Shown here: positions 31,623 to 40,635 of the stretch, piece by piece | Position numbering within the stretch: the stretch's first letter is position 1 | Layout: every line of letters begins with the position of its first letter | NCBI GenBank assembly: GCA_947258785.1 | Contig: CAMYJT010000005.1 | Coordinates: forward strand, 26,993 to 90,992 | From: an uncultured Gammaproteobacteria bacterium | Lineage (GTDB): Bacteria > Pseudomonadota > Gammaproteobacteria > Arenicellales > JAANXG01 | DNA length: 64,000 nt | Reading direction: 5' to 3' | Position numbers and translations under genes: made by a program | The notes under the pieces: model-generated | Told to the model about the DNA's origin: nothing | Seen by the model: only the letters and a program-made list of their open reading frames with translations | The model's database searches: none

Positions 31623-32737
31623 AGAACAGGCCATTTAAAGAGTTCGCGCGGGACCTCGCCAGGACAACACTGGGGCCGGCCCTGGCGGTTGGAGTATCAA
31701 TTTACCATCGTGTAAATGTCCGACGAATAGCGGAGCAATCCGTAAATGAGAAGGTGGCCAACCAAGCATCCAGCCCGTTCCCGATAGACGCCGTTTATAC
31801 GTGGGTGGACGATTCAGACAGCAGCTGGCTGGCCAAAAAGCAACGCTACGATAGATCGCCCGTGGACACATCCGCGTCCGCACTGGGTTCCAGGCATCAA
31901 ACGAAATTCCACAATCGCGATGAATTGCGGTATTCGTTACGCTCGATCGAACGCTTCGTCCCGTTCATCAGAAACGTCTACATCGTTACCGATGATCAGA
32001 GGCCCCACTGGCTCGACGTCAGCCATCCGAAGATCAATGTCGTTTCCCATCATCAGATCTTCCCAAACACTGATGCCCTGCCCACTTTTAATTCGCATGC
32101 CATTGAGGCGTGCTTACACCGCATTAACGGTCTCAGCGAGCGATATCTGTACCTCAACGACGACTTCTTTTTCGGAAGGCCGGTTGCCTGGTCTTATTTT
32201 TTCACCTCCGACGGCCGTGCCCTCGTTTACCTGTCGCCTGCGACAGTTGATAATTCAGCGCCCCATGCCGGCGACACGGGTCTCGAGTCGTCATTCAAGA
32301 ACGACCGATTCCTGCTCCAGTCGACTTTCGGGAAAACCATACACAACAAGGTTCTTCATGCTCCTTATGCGCAGAGCAAAACCGTTGTCAACGAAATGGA
32401 AGACCGTTATCAGGAGATGTTTGAAAAAACCAGATTCAACAGGTTCAAGGACACTTCGGATATATCGGTTGCGACCGCATTGGCTCAATACTATGCGTAC
32501 TACACCAACCGTGCTGTGCTGAAGCAACTCACAGACTCCGCCCTGAAGTTCAAATACATCAATGTCGCGAGTCCGTTACTGAGGCCCACGTTGAAACACA
32601 TTCTGGGGAGCCGGTCCTTTCACTGTTTCTGTATCAACGAACCCATCAGTGAATACGTAGACACGGATTATTTCGACCATATCGTCACGGATTTCTTACG
32701 GGATTATTTCCCGGATAAGAGCAGCTTCGAGCTGTAA
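31619..32737 (+). CDS. Stealth-family hexose-1-phosphate transferase (capsule phosphotransferase type)
   Basis: All four Stealth conserved regions are readable. CR1 is IDAVYTWVDDSDSSW. CR2 is NRDELRYSLRSIERFVPFIRNVYIVTDDQRPHWL. CR3 is LPTFNSHAIEACLHRINGLSERYLYLNDDFFF. CR4 is the HAPYAQSK region. The TTG start overlaps the upstream stop. Confidence 0.8.
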   Translation: MKNRPFKEFARDLARTTLGPALAVGVSIYHRVNVRRIAEQSVNEKVANQASSPFPIDAVYTWVDDSDSSWLAKKQRYDRSPVDTSASALGSRHQTKFHNRDELRYSLRSIERFVPFIRNVYIVTDDQRPHWLDVSHPKINVVSHHQIFPNTDALPTFNSHAIEACLHRINGLSERYLYLNDDFFFGRPVAWSYFFTSDGRALVYLSPATVDNSAPHAGDTGLESSFKNDRFLLQSTFGKTIHNKVLHAPYAQSKTVVNEMEDRYQEMFEKTRFNRFKDTSDISVATALAQYYAYYTNRAVLKQLTDSALKFKYINVASPLLRPTLKHILGSRSFHCFCINEPISEYVDTDYFDHIVTDFLRDYFPDKSSFEL

Positions 32738-32976
32738 GCCCAACCGTTGGCCGCTCGGGCCGACCCTTCAGCCAACCCGCCGCCGCAAACGACCTTTCGT
32801 GTGACAGAGAATTTCGGGCACACACAGTGCCCAGGGACCGTGCCTCCACCGGCCGCGCCCCACGCCCGCTTGCAACCACCACCCGCGCCTGCCTCGGCGT
32901 GGGCGGCCCGCGCCCGCGATCCCGATTGCGGGCGTAGACAGCGGCCGGCCGGGGTGAACAGGCCGACCGCGGCGGC

Positions 32977-33004
32977 TTGACAAGTCCGGCTAAACGGTTA
33001 TGTT
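32977..33004 (+). promoter_or_regulatory. sigma70-type promoter of wHTH gene 1 (near-leaderless)
   Basis: The promoter is TTGACA-N16-TATGTT. The -10 element ends 7 nt before the ATG at 33012, and there is no SD. Confidence 0.5.
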
Positions 33005-33011
33005 ACTTGTA

Positions 33012-33587
33012 ATGACACATAAAAGTACTAAAAATACAAACGTATTTGGTGGGCTTGTCACCTCGAAAATACGCATACAGATTCTCATGCGCTTGCTCTT
33101 GAATCCTCAAAACAAGGCCTATCTGCGCGGAATGGCCAAGGAATTCGGCGCCTCCCCAGGCCAGCTGCGAGACGAGCTCAACCAGCTCGCAAACGCCGAC
33201 ATCCTCAAAACCGAACGAGTCGGGCGCCAGGTGTTTTACCAGGCCAATCGCGAGCACGCGTTGTTTCCCGAGCTCAACTCCATGGTGCGCAAAGCACTGG
33301 GTATGGATCGTATCCTCGACAGTATCCTCCGGCGCCTGGGAGACCTCGAGCGCGCTGCCCTGATCGACGACTATGCGGAAGGCAGGGACAGCGGGCTCAT
33401 CGACCTGGTGCTGCTCGGCAATATTGACCACGACAACCTCTCTGATCTGACGCGCAAGACGGAGAAGTACCTGAGCCGGCGGATCCGCACCCTGGTCTAC
33501 GAATCCGGCGACGAGCGGGCGTTTGAAAACCTGCTGAAGGGGAGACCGAGCCTATTGCTCTGGAAAAGGGGCACCGATGACAGATAG
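33012..33587 (+). CDS. ArsR-like winged-HTH regulator with C-terminal degenerate nucleotidyltransferase-like domain, paralog 1
   Basis: The wHTH region is FGGLVTSKIRIQILMRLLLNPQNKAYLRGMAKEFGASPGQLRDELNQLANADIL. The C-terminal region contains DSGLIDLVLLG. I chose the start at 33012 because MTHKSTKNTNVFGG aligns residue-for-residue with MNNKLNKYQNLFGG of the paralog at 42313-42912. Confidence 0.6.
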   Translation: MTHKSTKNTNVFGGLVTSKIRIQILMRLLLNPQNKAYLRGMAKEFGASPGQLRDELNQLANADILKTERVGRQVFYQANREHALFPELNSMVRKALGMDRILDSILRRLGDLERAALIDDYAEGRDSGLIDLVLLGNIDHDNLSDLTRKTEKYLSRRIRTLVYESGDERAFENLLKGRPSLLLWKRGTDDR

Positions 33588-34446
33588 CCGCCGGGCTCCC
33601 GAACTGCCGGAAGTCATCTACACACCAGAGAGCCGCATCAAGCATCCGGTCGAGATGTTGCGCGACATGTGGCGTGACATACTGGCGGCCAGGGAGCTCG
33701 GTTGGCGTCTCACGGTACGGGACATCAGTGCCCAGTATCGCCAGACTTTTCTGGGTTACTTCTGGGCCTTCGTGCCGGCGCTGGTTACCGGCGCCACCTT
33801 GTCCATCGCCAGCCGCAACCGGGTGGTCGATTTCGGCGAAGCCGACATCCCTTACACGGCCTATGTCATTATCGGCATGGTGCTGTGGCAGACATTCATG
33901 GAGTCGATGACACTCCAAATCCAGGCGATGAGTAAAGCGAGGGAGATGCTAGCCAAAATCAATTTTCCCCGTGAAGCCTTGATCCTGTCCGGTCTAGGGC
34001 AGACCCTATTCAACTTCGGAATCAAAATCCTGCTGCTCGCCGCGACATTCGTCTGGTTTGACCTGTCGGTACCCGCTACCATCCTGCTGGCGCCTTTTGC
34101 GCTGGTGTTGCTGCTGGTACTCGGAACCGGCCTAGGGGTGCTGCTCGCACCGCTTGGTGGGCTTTACGAAGACGTCGGGCGTGGCATCATCTTCAGTGCA
34201 ATGGCGTTGTTGATCGTTACACCTGTGGTATTCGTCCCGCCGGATGGCGGAACCTTCGCCGAGATTGTGGCCCTGAATCCGATCACGCCGCTTTTGGTGA
34301 CGACACGGGATCTGATGACCACCGGCACCATGACCCATCCATTGGGATTCTTCCTGGCCTCGTTATTCGCTGTACTACTGCTGTTGGCTGCGTGGACCGC
34401 CTACAGGTTGGCGATGCCGATCATTATCGAAAGGATGAGCGCATGA
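33577..34446 (+). CDS. wzm: ABC-2 type polysaccharide export permease (Wzm)
   Basis: The 289-aa 6-TM ORF contains RDISAQYRQTFLGYFWAFVPAL, which is typical of Wzm/TagG/KpsM. It is translationally coupled to wzt through an ATGA overlap. Confidence 0.85.
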   Translation: MTDSRRAPELPEVIYTPESRIKHPVEMLRDMWRDILAARELGWRLTVRDISAQYRQTFLGYFWAFVPALVTGATLSIASRNRVVDFGEADIPYTAYVIIGMVLWQTFMESMTLQIQAMSKAREMLAKINFPREALILSGLGQTLFNFGIKILLLAATFVWFDLSVPATILLAPFALVLLLVLGTGLGVLLAPLGGLYEDVGRGIIFSAMALLIVTPVVFVPPDGGTFAEIVALNPITPLLVTTRDLMTTGTMTHPLGFFLASLFAVLLLLAAWTAYRLAMPIIIERMSA

Positions 34447-35645
34447 GCGGCGAAGTCCTAGTTGAAGTCGACAACGTTTCGAAGAAGTTCTGCCGGGACC
34501 TCAAACGGTCGTTGTGGTACGGCGTCAAAGACTTGAGCGGAGAGCTGACCGGAAGAACGCAACATGACGCTCTTCGTGAAGGCGAATTCTGGGCCGTCAA
34601 AGATGTCTCGTTTCAGGTCCGACGCGGCGAAGTGCTGGGTTTAATCGGACCAAACGGCGCCGGCAAAAGTACATTGCTCCGAATCCTCAACGGACTAATT
34701 AAACCAGACCGTGGCAAGATAATTATCCGCGGGCGTGTCGGAGCTCTTATTGCTCTTGGAACCGGATTTAATCCGATACTTACCGGCAGAGAGAATGTCT
34801 ATAACGCTGGTGCGGTATTGGGGTTGAAGAAGAAGGAAATCGAAGACAGATACGAGTCAATTGTCAAATTCTCAGAACTCGAAGAGTTTATGGAATCCCC
34901 GGTTAGGAGCTACAGCTCTGGTATGAAAATCAGATTGGGATTCGCAATTGCTGCACAAATGCAGCCTGATGTATTGATTCTGGACGAAGTGCTGGCCCTG
35001 GGTGATGTTGCGTTCAAGGCTAAAAGCTTTAATCGCATCTACTCTATGACTGAGCACGCCGCAGTAATTCTAGTAAGCCACTCAATGGCACAGATCTCCC
35101 GAGTGGCGACTAAAACATTGGTCATACGAAATGGTAAACAGGCTTTTTATGGCGCAAGTGTTGGTGAGGGGATATCAGAGTATTACAAAGATGCTCCAAA
35201 TAAATTACCGGCAAATGACTTTGTCAGCGATCTCGCAAGAATCGATCGCGTGGAAATTGAGATCAACGGTCAGCAAGGCCTGGAGACTGTGCGATCTTTA
35301 GACCATGTTGCGATAAAGATATTGGCAAGGATTGACGGCAGTGTGGATAGGTTTTCGCTAAATATAGTATTTTTTTCCGAAGAGTTAATAAATTTCATGT
35401 CGTGCAATTCGTTCTTCGATGGCGTTACGTTTTTAAATTCGAATTGTTCTAATGAAATTGTACTAGAAATTAGAAACTTGAACCTCAACCCGGGCAGGTA
35501 CTACGTATGGATCGCCGTTCTACGGAACGATTTCGGTGAAATCCTCGCGCGGAATGCAAGTGCCGGCATGATAAATATCGTCGGACCGCACAAGGGGAAC
35601 GAACCAGTGCGTCTCAAAGGGCAGTGGACTCACAAGCAAGTGTAA
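34443..35645 (+). CDS. wzt: ABC polysaccharide export ATPase (Wzt) with C-terminal glycan-binding-type extension
   Basis: Walker A is GPNGAGKST, the signature is YSSGMKIRL and Walker B is VLILDE. About 150 further residues (DRVEIEINGQ...GRYYVWIAVL...) resemble the Wzt_C beta-sandwich. The start at 34443 overlaps the wzm stop. Confidence 0.8.
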   Translation: MSGEVLVEVDNVSKKFCRDLKRSLWYGVKDLSGELTGRTQHDALREGEFWAVKDVSFQVRRGEVLGLIGPNGAGKSTLLRILNGLIKPDRGKIIIRGRVGALIALGTGFNPILTGRENVYNAGAVLGLKKKEIEDRYESIVKFSELEEFMESPVRSYSSGMKIRLGFAIAAQMQPDVLILDEVLALGDVAFKAKSFNRIYSMTEHAAVILVSHSMAQISRVATKTLVIRNGKQAFYGASVGEGISEYYKDAPNKLPANDFVSDLARIDRVEIEINGQQGLETVRSLDHVAIKILARIDGSVDRFSLNIVFFSEELINFMSCNSFFDGVTFLNSNCSNEIVLEIRNLNLNPGRYYVWIAVLRNDFGEILARNASAGMINIVGPHKGNEPVRLKGQWTHKQV

Positions 35646-38600
35646 TGACCAGGGAAATCGTCATTCTTGGTATGCATCGTTGCGGAACCTCCCTGCTTAC
35701 AAATTTGGTGGCGGAAATGGGAGCGTATCCAGGCGAACAAGATGACTTGATAGGTGAGAACAAGAGCAACCCTAAGGGCCATTGGGAAAGAACCGACATT
35801 CGCCAGCTGAATGACGCAATTCTGGCCGAGTGGGATTGTGATTGGAACAAAGTCTCTAAACTCTGCATTGACGGTGCGAACTCGAAGCACACGTCGTTAC
35901 AAGCCAAACAGACGGCGGTTGAAATTCTAAATGCGCTCAAGTCTAAAAACAAAGATATCGTCATAAAGGAACCGCGATTGAGCTTATTGCTTAGCTTTTG
36001 GGGTCGAATACTGCATGCACCGATATTCCTGATCGCGTACCGTGATCCTGTAGAGGTAGCGAGTTCACTTGACAGCCGGAATCATATTCCCATGTCTGTT
36101 GGAATGGCTCTTTGGGAAATTTACTTACGTGCAGCAATCCAGGGAACCATCAACCATCCTAGAATGGCCTTATCATACAACGACCTGTTGCAGAATCCGG
36201 AACAGGCGGCGGAATGCATATTTACATTCCTGCGAGATCACGGTGCATCGAGTGTTCGCAGGCTGACTGACGCGAAGGTACAGCGAATTGTTGATCGACG
36301 GTTGCACCGGGAACAAAGATCGTTAATACGAAATGTACCAGATCTTTCGCATTCACAGAAAATCTTATTCGAGTCGCTGCAGAAAGATGATTTCTCCAAA
36401 CTGGACTGCGACGATTCGAATTATCATTCCTTGAAAGATCTCTTGGAATTGTATGAAGAGTCTTCTGTTCTTCGCGACTTTACGGAGCAATTTGTTCAGT
36501 GTCATAACCGTATACAAAAAACATACCACTATCGGCTCACCAGCACTTTAGTGAGCTGGTTGAGATCAATGATATTTCAAACGCCGGCGCGCTCCCGTCC
36601 TGAACAAGACGCGGAGCACGTGCTTCGCGAATTTTGTGTCAAACGGGTCACAGAGTGGAGCTATATCAGTCGTTCAGACAGAAGGGAGCGTGAAGAGCCT
36701 CCTCTGCCGATTCCCCACGGCATTGTCGACATTTTGGTCACTGTCCACAATGCGCTTGACTATGTAAAAACCTGTTTAGCATCGCTGGAACGTACCCGTT
36801 CGGAATTCCGTCAACTCATCCTGGTAGACGATGCGTCTGAAGAGCCGACCGAAATGTATCTGCAGACTTTCTCGAACGAGAGACCATGGTGCCGTCTCAT
36901 AAGAAACCAACACAAGTGTGGCTACACCAAGACTGCAAATACGGGACTGCGTGCGTCGAACGCAGATGTGGTAATTCTTTTGAATAGCGATGTCGAGGTC
37001 GGGAGCAAGTGGATCGCTAGAATAATGGGCTGCCTGACGTCGGATTCCAGCATAGGCATCGCCAGTCCACTGTCAAACGCCGCGTCCTGGCAGTCCATCC
37101 CGGATGTGTTAGATGCCTCGCAAAGATGGGCGGTCAATGAGATGCCCGGTGGCTGGACGATCGAGTCGATAAATCAGAGTTTGCAATATCTCTCGGAGTG
37201 CAAGTATCCACTCGCCCCTGTCCTGAATGGCTTTTGTTTCGCGATCAAAAAGGAGGTGATTCAGCAGGTGGGGTATTTCGACGAGAAGAACTTTCCATCC
37301 GGATACGGAGAAGAAAATGACTACTGCTTGCGCGCGCAATCGAAAGGATATTCCTGCGCTGTGGTAGACGATGCGTACATTTATCACCACAAAACAAAAA
37401 GCCATGCGAAGGAAGAACGTCTGAGACTGGCCAGTGCGGGGAACGAGGCCCTGAAGGTGAAGTACGGCGCATCCATTCATACGCGAATTGCGGACAGCAT
37501 GAAAAATCTGTCTGCATTGAGAACGACACGAAAGCGTATGAAAAAGGCGTTTTCTCGCCAACTATATCCAGACACTGTTACCAAGAGGAAGATATTGTTC
37601 CTGCTACCTTGCCTGCCCGGGGGTGGTGGTGTGAATTCAGTAATTCAGGAGGCAGGTGGACTATGTGACCTGGGCTGTGACGTGGTTATTGCGATTCCAG
37701 CGTGCCACAAAAAGAACTATGAGCGAATGTATAGTACTACTGATACACAGTTGATGTACTTTTATATTTGCGACGAGGAGTTGCTGCTGCTGGCCAAAAG
37801 ATTCAGCACAATAATTGCGACGTACTATAAATCAGTGTACTTGCTCAAGAAGATTGTCAAACAACAGCCATCAGTCACGCCCGTATACTACATACAAGAC
37901 TATGAGCCATGGATTTGTGGACACAACTTATTGCAAAGGTACTTCGCGAAAAAGTCATACACTGCAGTCAAGGAGATGTTATGCATTGCGAAGACGGATT
38001 GGTTGTGTGAGATCGTCAAGAAGAAGTGCGGCGTCAATGTGGAAAAGATAATACCTAGTATTGATCACCATATTTACCATCCGAACGATCCAACAACTGC
38101 TTCGAGTAACGAAAAAACAATCATTGCGGCGATGGTTCGACCGCGGACAGCCAGGAGGAATGCACGGGGAACTATGCAAATTCTTCGGCGCATTAAACAA
38201 CGATATGATTCCAGGGTGGACATTGTTATCTTTGGTTGCGGCGATGACGAGATTTCACAACACAGCCTGGAAGAGAGATTCGAATTCAGGAATCTCGGAA
38301 TACTGCCGAGAAGCAAGGTTGCAGAGGTACTCAGAACTGCGAGCATCTTCTTGGATATGTCGAGCTATCAGGCATTCGGACGGACGGGAGTTGAGGCAAT
38401 GGCATGTAGATGTGTCCCCGTCCTGCCCATTTTAGGGGGAGCTGGCGAGTATGCGGTGGACGGTAAAAACGCCTGCCTGGTTGACACATCCAAGGCTGAC
38501 CAAGTCTGTGATGTGTTGGCGGCATTGATTGATAACACGGATAAAAGGCAGGAAATGTCGATGCAAGGTATCCGTGACGCAAAACGATACTCTGCACAGC

Positions 38601-38656
38601 GTTCTGCTTACTCGATGTACTTGGAAATTGCGGCTTTCTACGCGTCTAAGTGCTGA
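35645..38656 (+). CDS. trifunctional fusion: N-terminal sulfotransferase, central GT2, C-terminal GT4-like domain (1003 aa)
   Basis: The sulfotransferase has the 5'-PSB-like motif ILGMHRCGTSLL and the 3'-PB-like motif YRDPVEVASSL. A ~100-aa linker follows. The GT2 region is DILVTVHNALDY...LILVDDASEEPT...NSDVEV...GYGEENDYCLRA. The GT-B C-terminus is GRTGVEAMACRCVPVLPILGGAGEYAVDGKNACLVD. The start overlaps the wzt stop as TAATG. Confidence 0.7.
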   Translation: MTREIVILGMHRCGTSLLTNLVAEMGAYPGEQDDLIGENKSNPKGHWERTDIRQLNDAILAEWDCDWNKVSKLCIDGANSKHTSLQAKQTAVEILNALKSKNKDIVIKEPRLSLLLSFWGRILHAPIFLIAYRDPVEVASSLDSRNHIPMSVGMALWEIYLRAAIQGTINHPRMALSYNDLLQNPEQAAECIFTFLRDHGASSVRRLTDAKVQRIVDRRLHREQRSLIRNVPDLSHSQKILFESLQKDDFSKLDCDDSNYHSLKDLLELYEESSVLRDFTEQFVQCHNRIQKTYHYRLTSTLVSWLRSMIFQTPARSRPEQDAEHVLREFCVKRVTEWSYISRSDRREREEPPLPIPHGIVDILVTVHNALDYVKTCLASLERTRSEFRQLILVDDASEEPTEMYLQTFSNERPWCRLIRNQHKCGYTKTANTGLRASNADVVILLNSDVEVGSKWIARIMGCLTSDSSIGIASPLSNAASWQSIPDVLDASQRWAVNEMPGGWTIESINQSLQYLSECKYPLAPVLNGFCFAIKKEVIQQVGYFDEKNFPSGYGEENDYCLRAQSKGYSCAVVDDAYIYHHKTKSHAKEERLRLASAGNEALKVKYGASIHTRIADSMKNLSALRTTRKRMKKAFSRQLYPDTVTKRKILFLLPCLPGGGGVNSVIQEAGGLCDLGCDVVIAIPACHKKNYERMYSTTDTQLMYFYICDEELLLLAKRFSTIIATYYKSVYLLKKIVKQQPSVTPVYYIQDYEPWICGHNLLQRYFAKKSYTAVKEMLCIAKTDWLCEIVKKKCGVNVEKIIPSIDHHIYHPNDPTTASSNEKTIIAAMVRPRTARRNARGTMQILRRIKQRYDSRVDIVIFGCGDDEISQHSLEERFEFRNLGILPRSKVAEVLRTASIFLDMSSYQAFGRTGVEAMACRCVPVLPILGGAGEYAVDGKNACLVDTSKADQVCDVLAALIDNTDKRQEMSMQGIRDAKRYSAQRSAYSMYLEIAAFYASKC

Positions 38657-39849
38657 CTGTGCAGGCAGATGAACTCAAGGTTGTACTACTATCACATGAC
38701 GTGGCCCACAACGGGGTATCGCGCGCAGATACACTGGCCAACGTCATAGACCGGTTTGCAGCTGCGAGCATCGTCGGGTTCGACCCGGTCGGCCATGGTG
38801 TATGGGCACCCCTTAAAAATGCTGAGCACAAGATCGATGTCGTTGATAAGAGAGCCGGCAAGCTGGGTTCGGTAAAGGCGCTGCTCAAGACGCTGCGCAG
38901 CCACAAGTGCGACCTGCTAATTTCGTGCAAGCCGTATCCACTATCGTTTGGCGTCGCACTTATGGCGAGAAGACAATTCAATGTGCCAGTCATTCTCGAT
39001 ATTGATGATTGGGAGTGGGGACTATTCAAGCAACGCCGTATTCTTGGAAAGATCAGACGTGCAGCGAATATCATGGATATCGCGATGAATCCTATTTACG
39101 CCGCTTTACTGTCGAGCCTGCACAAAAGAGCGGACAACATACTTGTTTCCAATAGTCGGTTACAGGCGCTTTACGGCGGGACTATTGCCTATCACTATCG
39201 ACCTACGACACGGCCTGAACAGGCGGGCAACGCTGACGAACTCAAACGCAGATTGCTTCTTCCAGTTGACAAAAAGATCATATTGTTCTTTGGAACGCCG
39301 CGGCTGCACAAAGGTATAGAAGACCTGTTGAACGCATTCATGAGTATAGACCGCAGAGACTACATTCTCGTGGTTGTAGGAGCTAGTCAAGCTCAGGTTG
39401 AGCGGTTACGCGGGGCGCTGCCGTCACACGGCGGGGGAATCTTCATATTGAGAGAACAGCTGTTCGAAGAACTGACTTCGATTCTATCGCTGTCGGAAAT
39501 AGTGGTCATTCCCCAAAAGGCGCTTCCGGGCGCTGCAAGACAATTACCTGCGAAGCTCATCGACGGAATGACAGCGGGGAAGGCTGTCGTGTCGACGGAT
39601 GTCGGCGACATTAAAGAGATTTTGTCAGATGAGTGCGGACTGGTGGTAAAGCCGGGTTGTGTTGCGGAATTGGCGAAGGCGCTGTCAGACCTCATGGAGA
39701 ACGATGAGTTTCGCTATAGGCTGGGAAAAAATGCATGCGCCAGAGCCCGAAGCCGCTTTAGCTATGAAGCCGGAGAGAAAGTCTTGCGGCGGGTTTTCGA
39801 TGAGACTCTGGCAAATCACGCTAGCACGGTGAAGATGGCCAGCACCTGA
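38650..39849 (+). CDS. GT4-family glycosyltransferase
   Basis: The 399-aa ORF has a GTG start that overlaps the upstream stop. Its GT-B C-terminal half contains ILFFGTPRLHKGIEDLL and LPAKLIDGMTAGKAVVSTDVGDIKEIL. Confidence 0.7.
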   Translation: MLTVQADELKVVLLSHDVAHNGVSRADTLANVIDRFAAASIVGFDPVGHGVWAPLKNAEHKIDVVDKRAGKLGSVKALLKTLRSHKCDLLISCKPYPLSFGVALMARRQFNVPVILDIDDWEWGLFKQRRILGKIRRAANIMDIAMNPIYAALLSSLHKRADNILVSNSRLQALYGGTIAYHYRPTTRPEQAGNADELKRRLLLPVDKKIILFFGTPRLHKGIEDLLNAFMSIDRRDYILVVVGASQAQVERLRGALPSHGGGIFILREQLFEELTSILSLSEIVVIPQKALPGAARQLPAKLIDGMTAGKAVVSTDVGDIKEILSDECGLVVKPGCVAELAKALSDLMENDEFRYRLGKNACARARSRFSYEAGEKVLRRVFDETLANHASTVKMAST

Positions 39850-39871
39850 ACAAAGATCAGAAACTCCTTAG

Positions 39872-40588
39872 ATGTCAATAGATGTAGAGAACGTCGACTT
39901 CGTTGATTTTGGCACGAAGACTGGTCGAAGCTTCGCGATCGGCTACAGGCTTGGCGGTACTCGCGGTCTGGGTATTGATATTCGCCCACGCATGGTTGAG
40001 CAGGCCGTTGCAAATGGATTGAATGTCATGCAAGGCGATGCAACAGAACTTGATATTCCTGACAATTCTGTTCGCTTCTCGGTATTGAATCATTTCCTTG
40101 AACACCTCCCATCGCTCGATGACGTGCGCAAGGCAATCGGCACTGCTGTTCGAATCTCAACGGATTGTGTTTATCTTGGCGGACCGGTCTTTGACGACGA
40201 AGAGTATCTGGCATCACTGAATCTGAAGACCTTCTGGTCTGATTGGACCGGACATCCCTGTCACCTCACCTGCCAGCAGGTCGAAGAGATTTTGAGTGAA
40301 CTTCAGATATCTAAGGAGTCGTATCGGATGCACCGATATAAGCATTTCAATGACTCAATGAGTGAGTTTGTTCATCCAATCAACGCCCCTCCCGATCAGC
40401 ATGAATACGATGCAGATGTTCATCCGCCAAAACCACAAATTCGCTTTGATCGCACTTGCTATCGGGAATGGCAGTGCATAATTAGCCTTAATGGCAGCAA
40501 GCATCACTATCGCTGTCTTCATCAACGAGGAGTGCAGAAACTCATGCAAAAGGCAGGTAGGCTGATCGAACGCATGGTGGGCAGATGA
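39872..40588 (+). CDS. class I SAM-dependent methyltransferase
   Basis: The 238-aa ORF has the motif I-like FVDFGTKTG, GLGIDI, and MQGDATELDIPDNSVRFSVLNHFLEHL. Confidence 0.6.
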   Translation: MSIDVENVDFVDFGTKTGRSFAIGYRLGGTRGLGIDIRPRMVEQAVANGLNVMQGDATELDIPDNSVRFSVLNHFLEHLPSLDDVRKAIGTAVRISTDCVYLGGPVFDDEEYLASLNLKTFWSDWTGHPCHLTCQQVEEILSELQISKESYRMHRYKHFNDSMSEFVHPINAPPDQHEYDADVHPPKPQIRFDRTCYREWQCIISLNGSKHHYRCLHQRGVQKLMQKAGRLIERMVGR

Positions 40589-40635
40589 AATATTTTTCCC
40601 GGTACGAAGTCGTCAGGAACGGTTGGGTAAAAGTG

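Noticed and set aside
32738-32976. A GC-rich 240-bp spacer after the Stealth gene carries 71-77-aa ORFs on both strands (32747-32980 +, 32768-32983 -).
   Set aside because: The translations are low-complexity Pro/Ala/Arg-rich, there is no SD, and the ORFs mutually overlap. It is best read as non-coding spacer upstream of the wHTH promoter.
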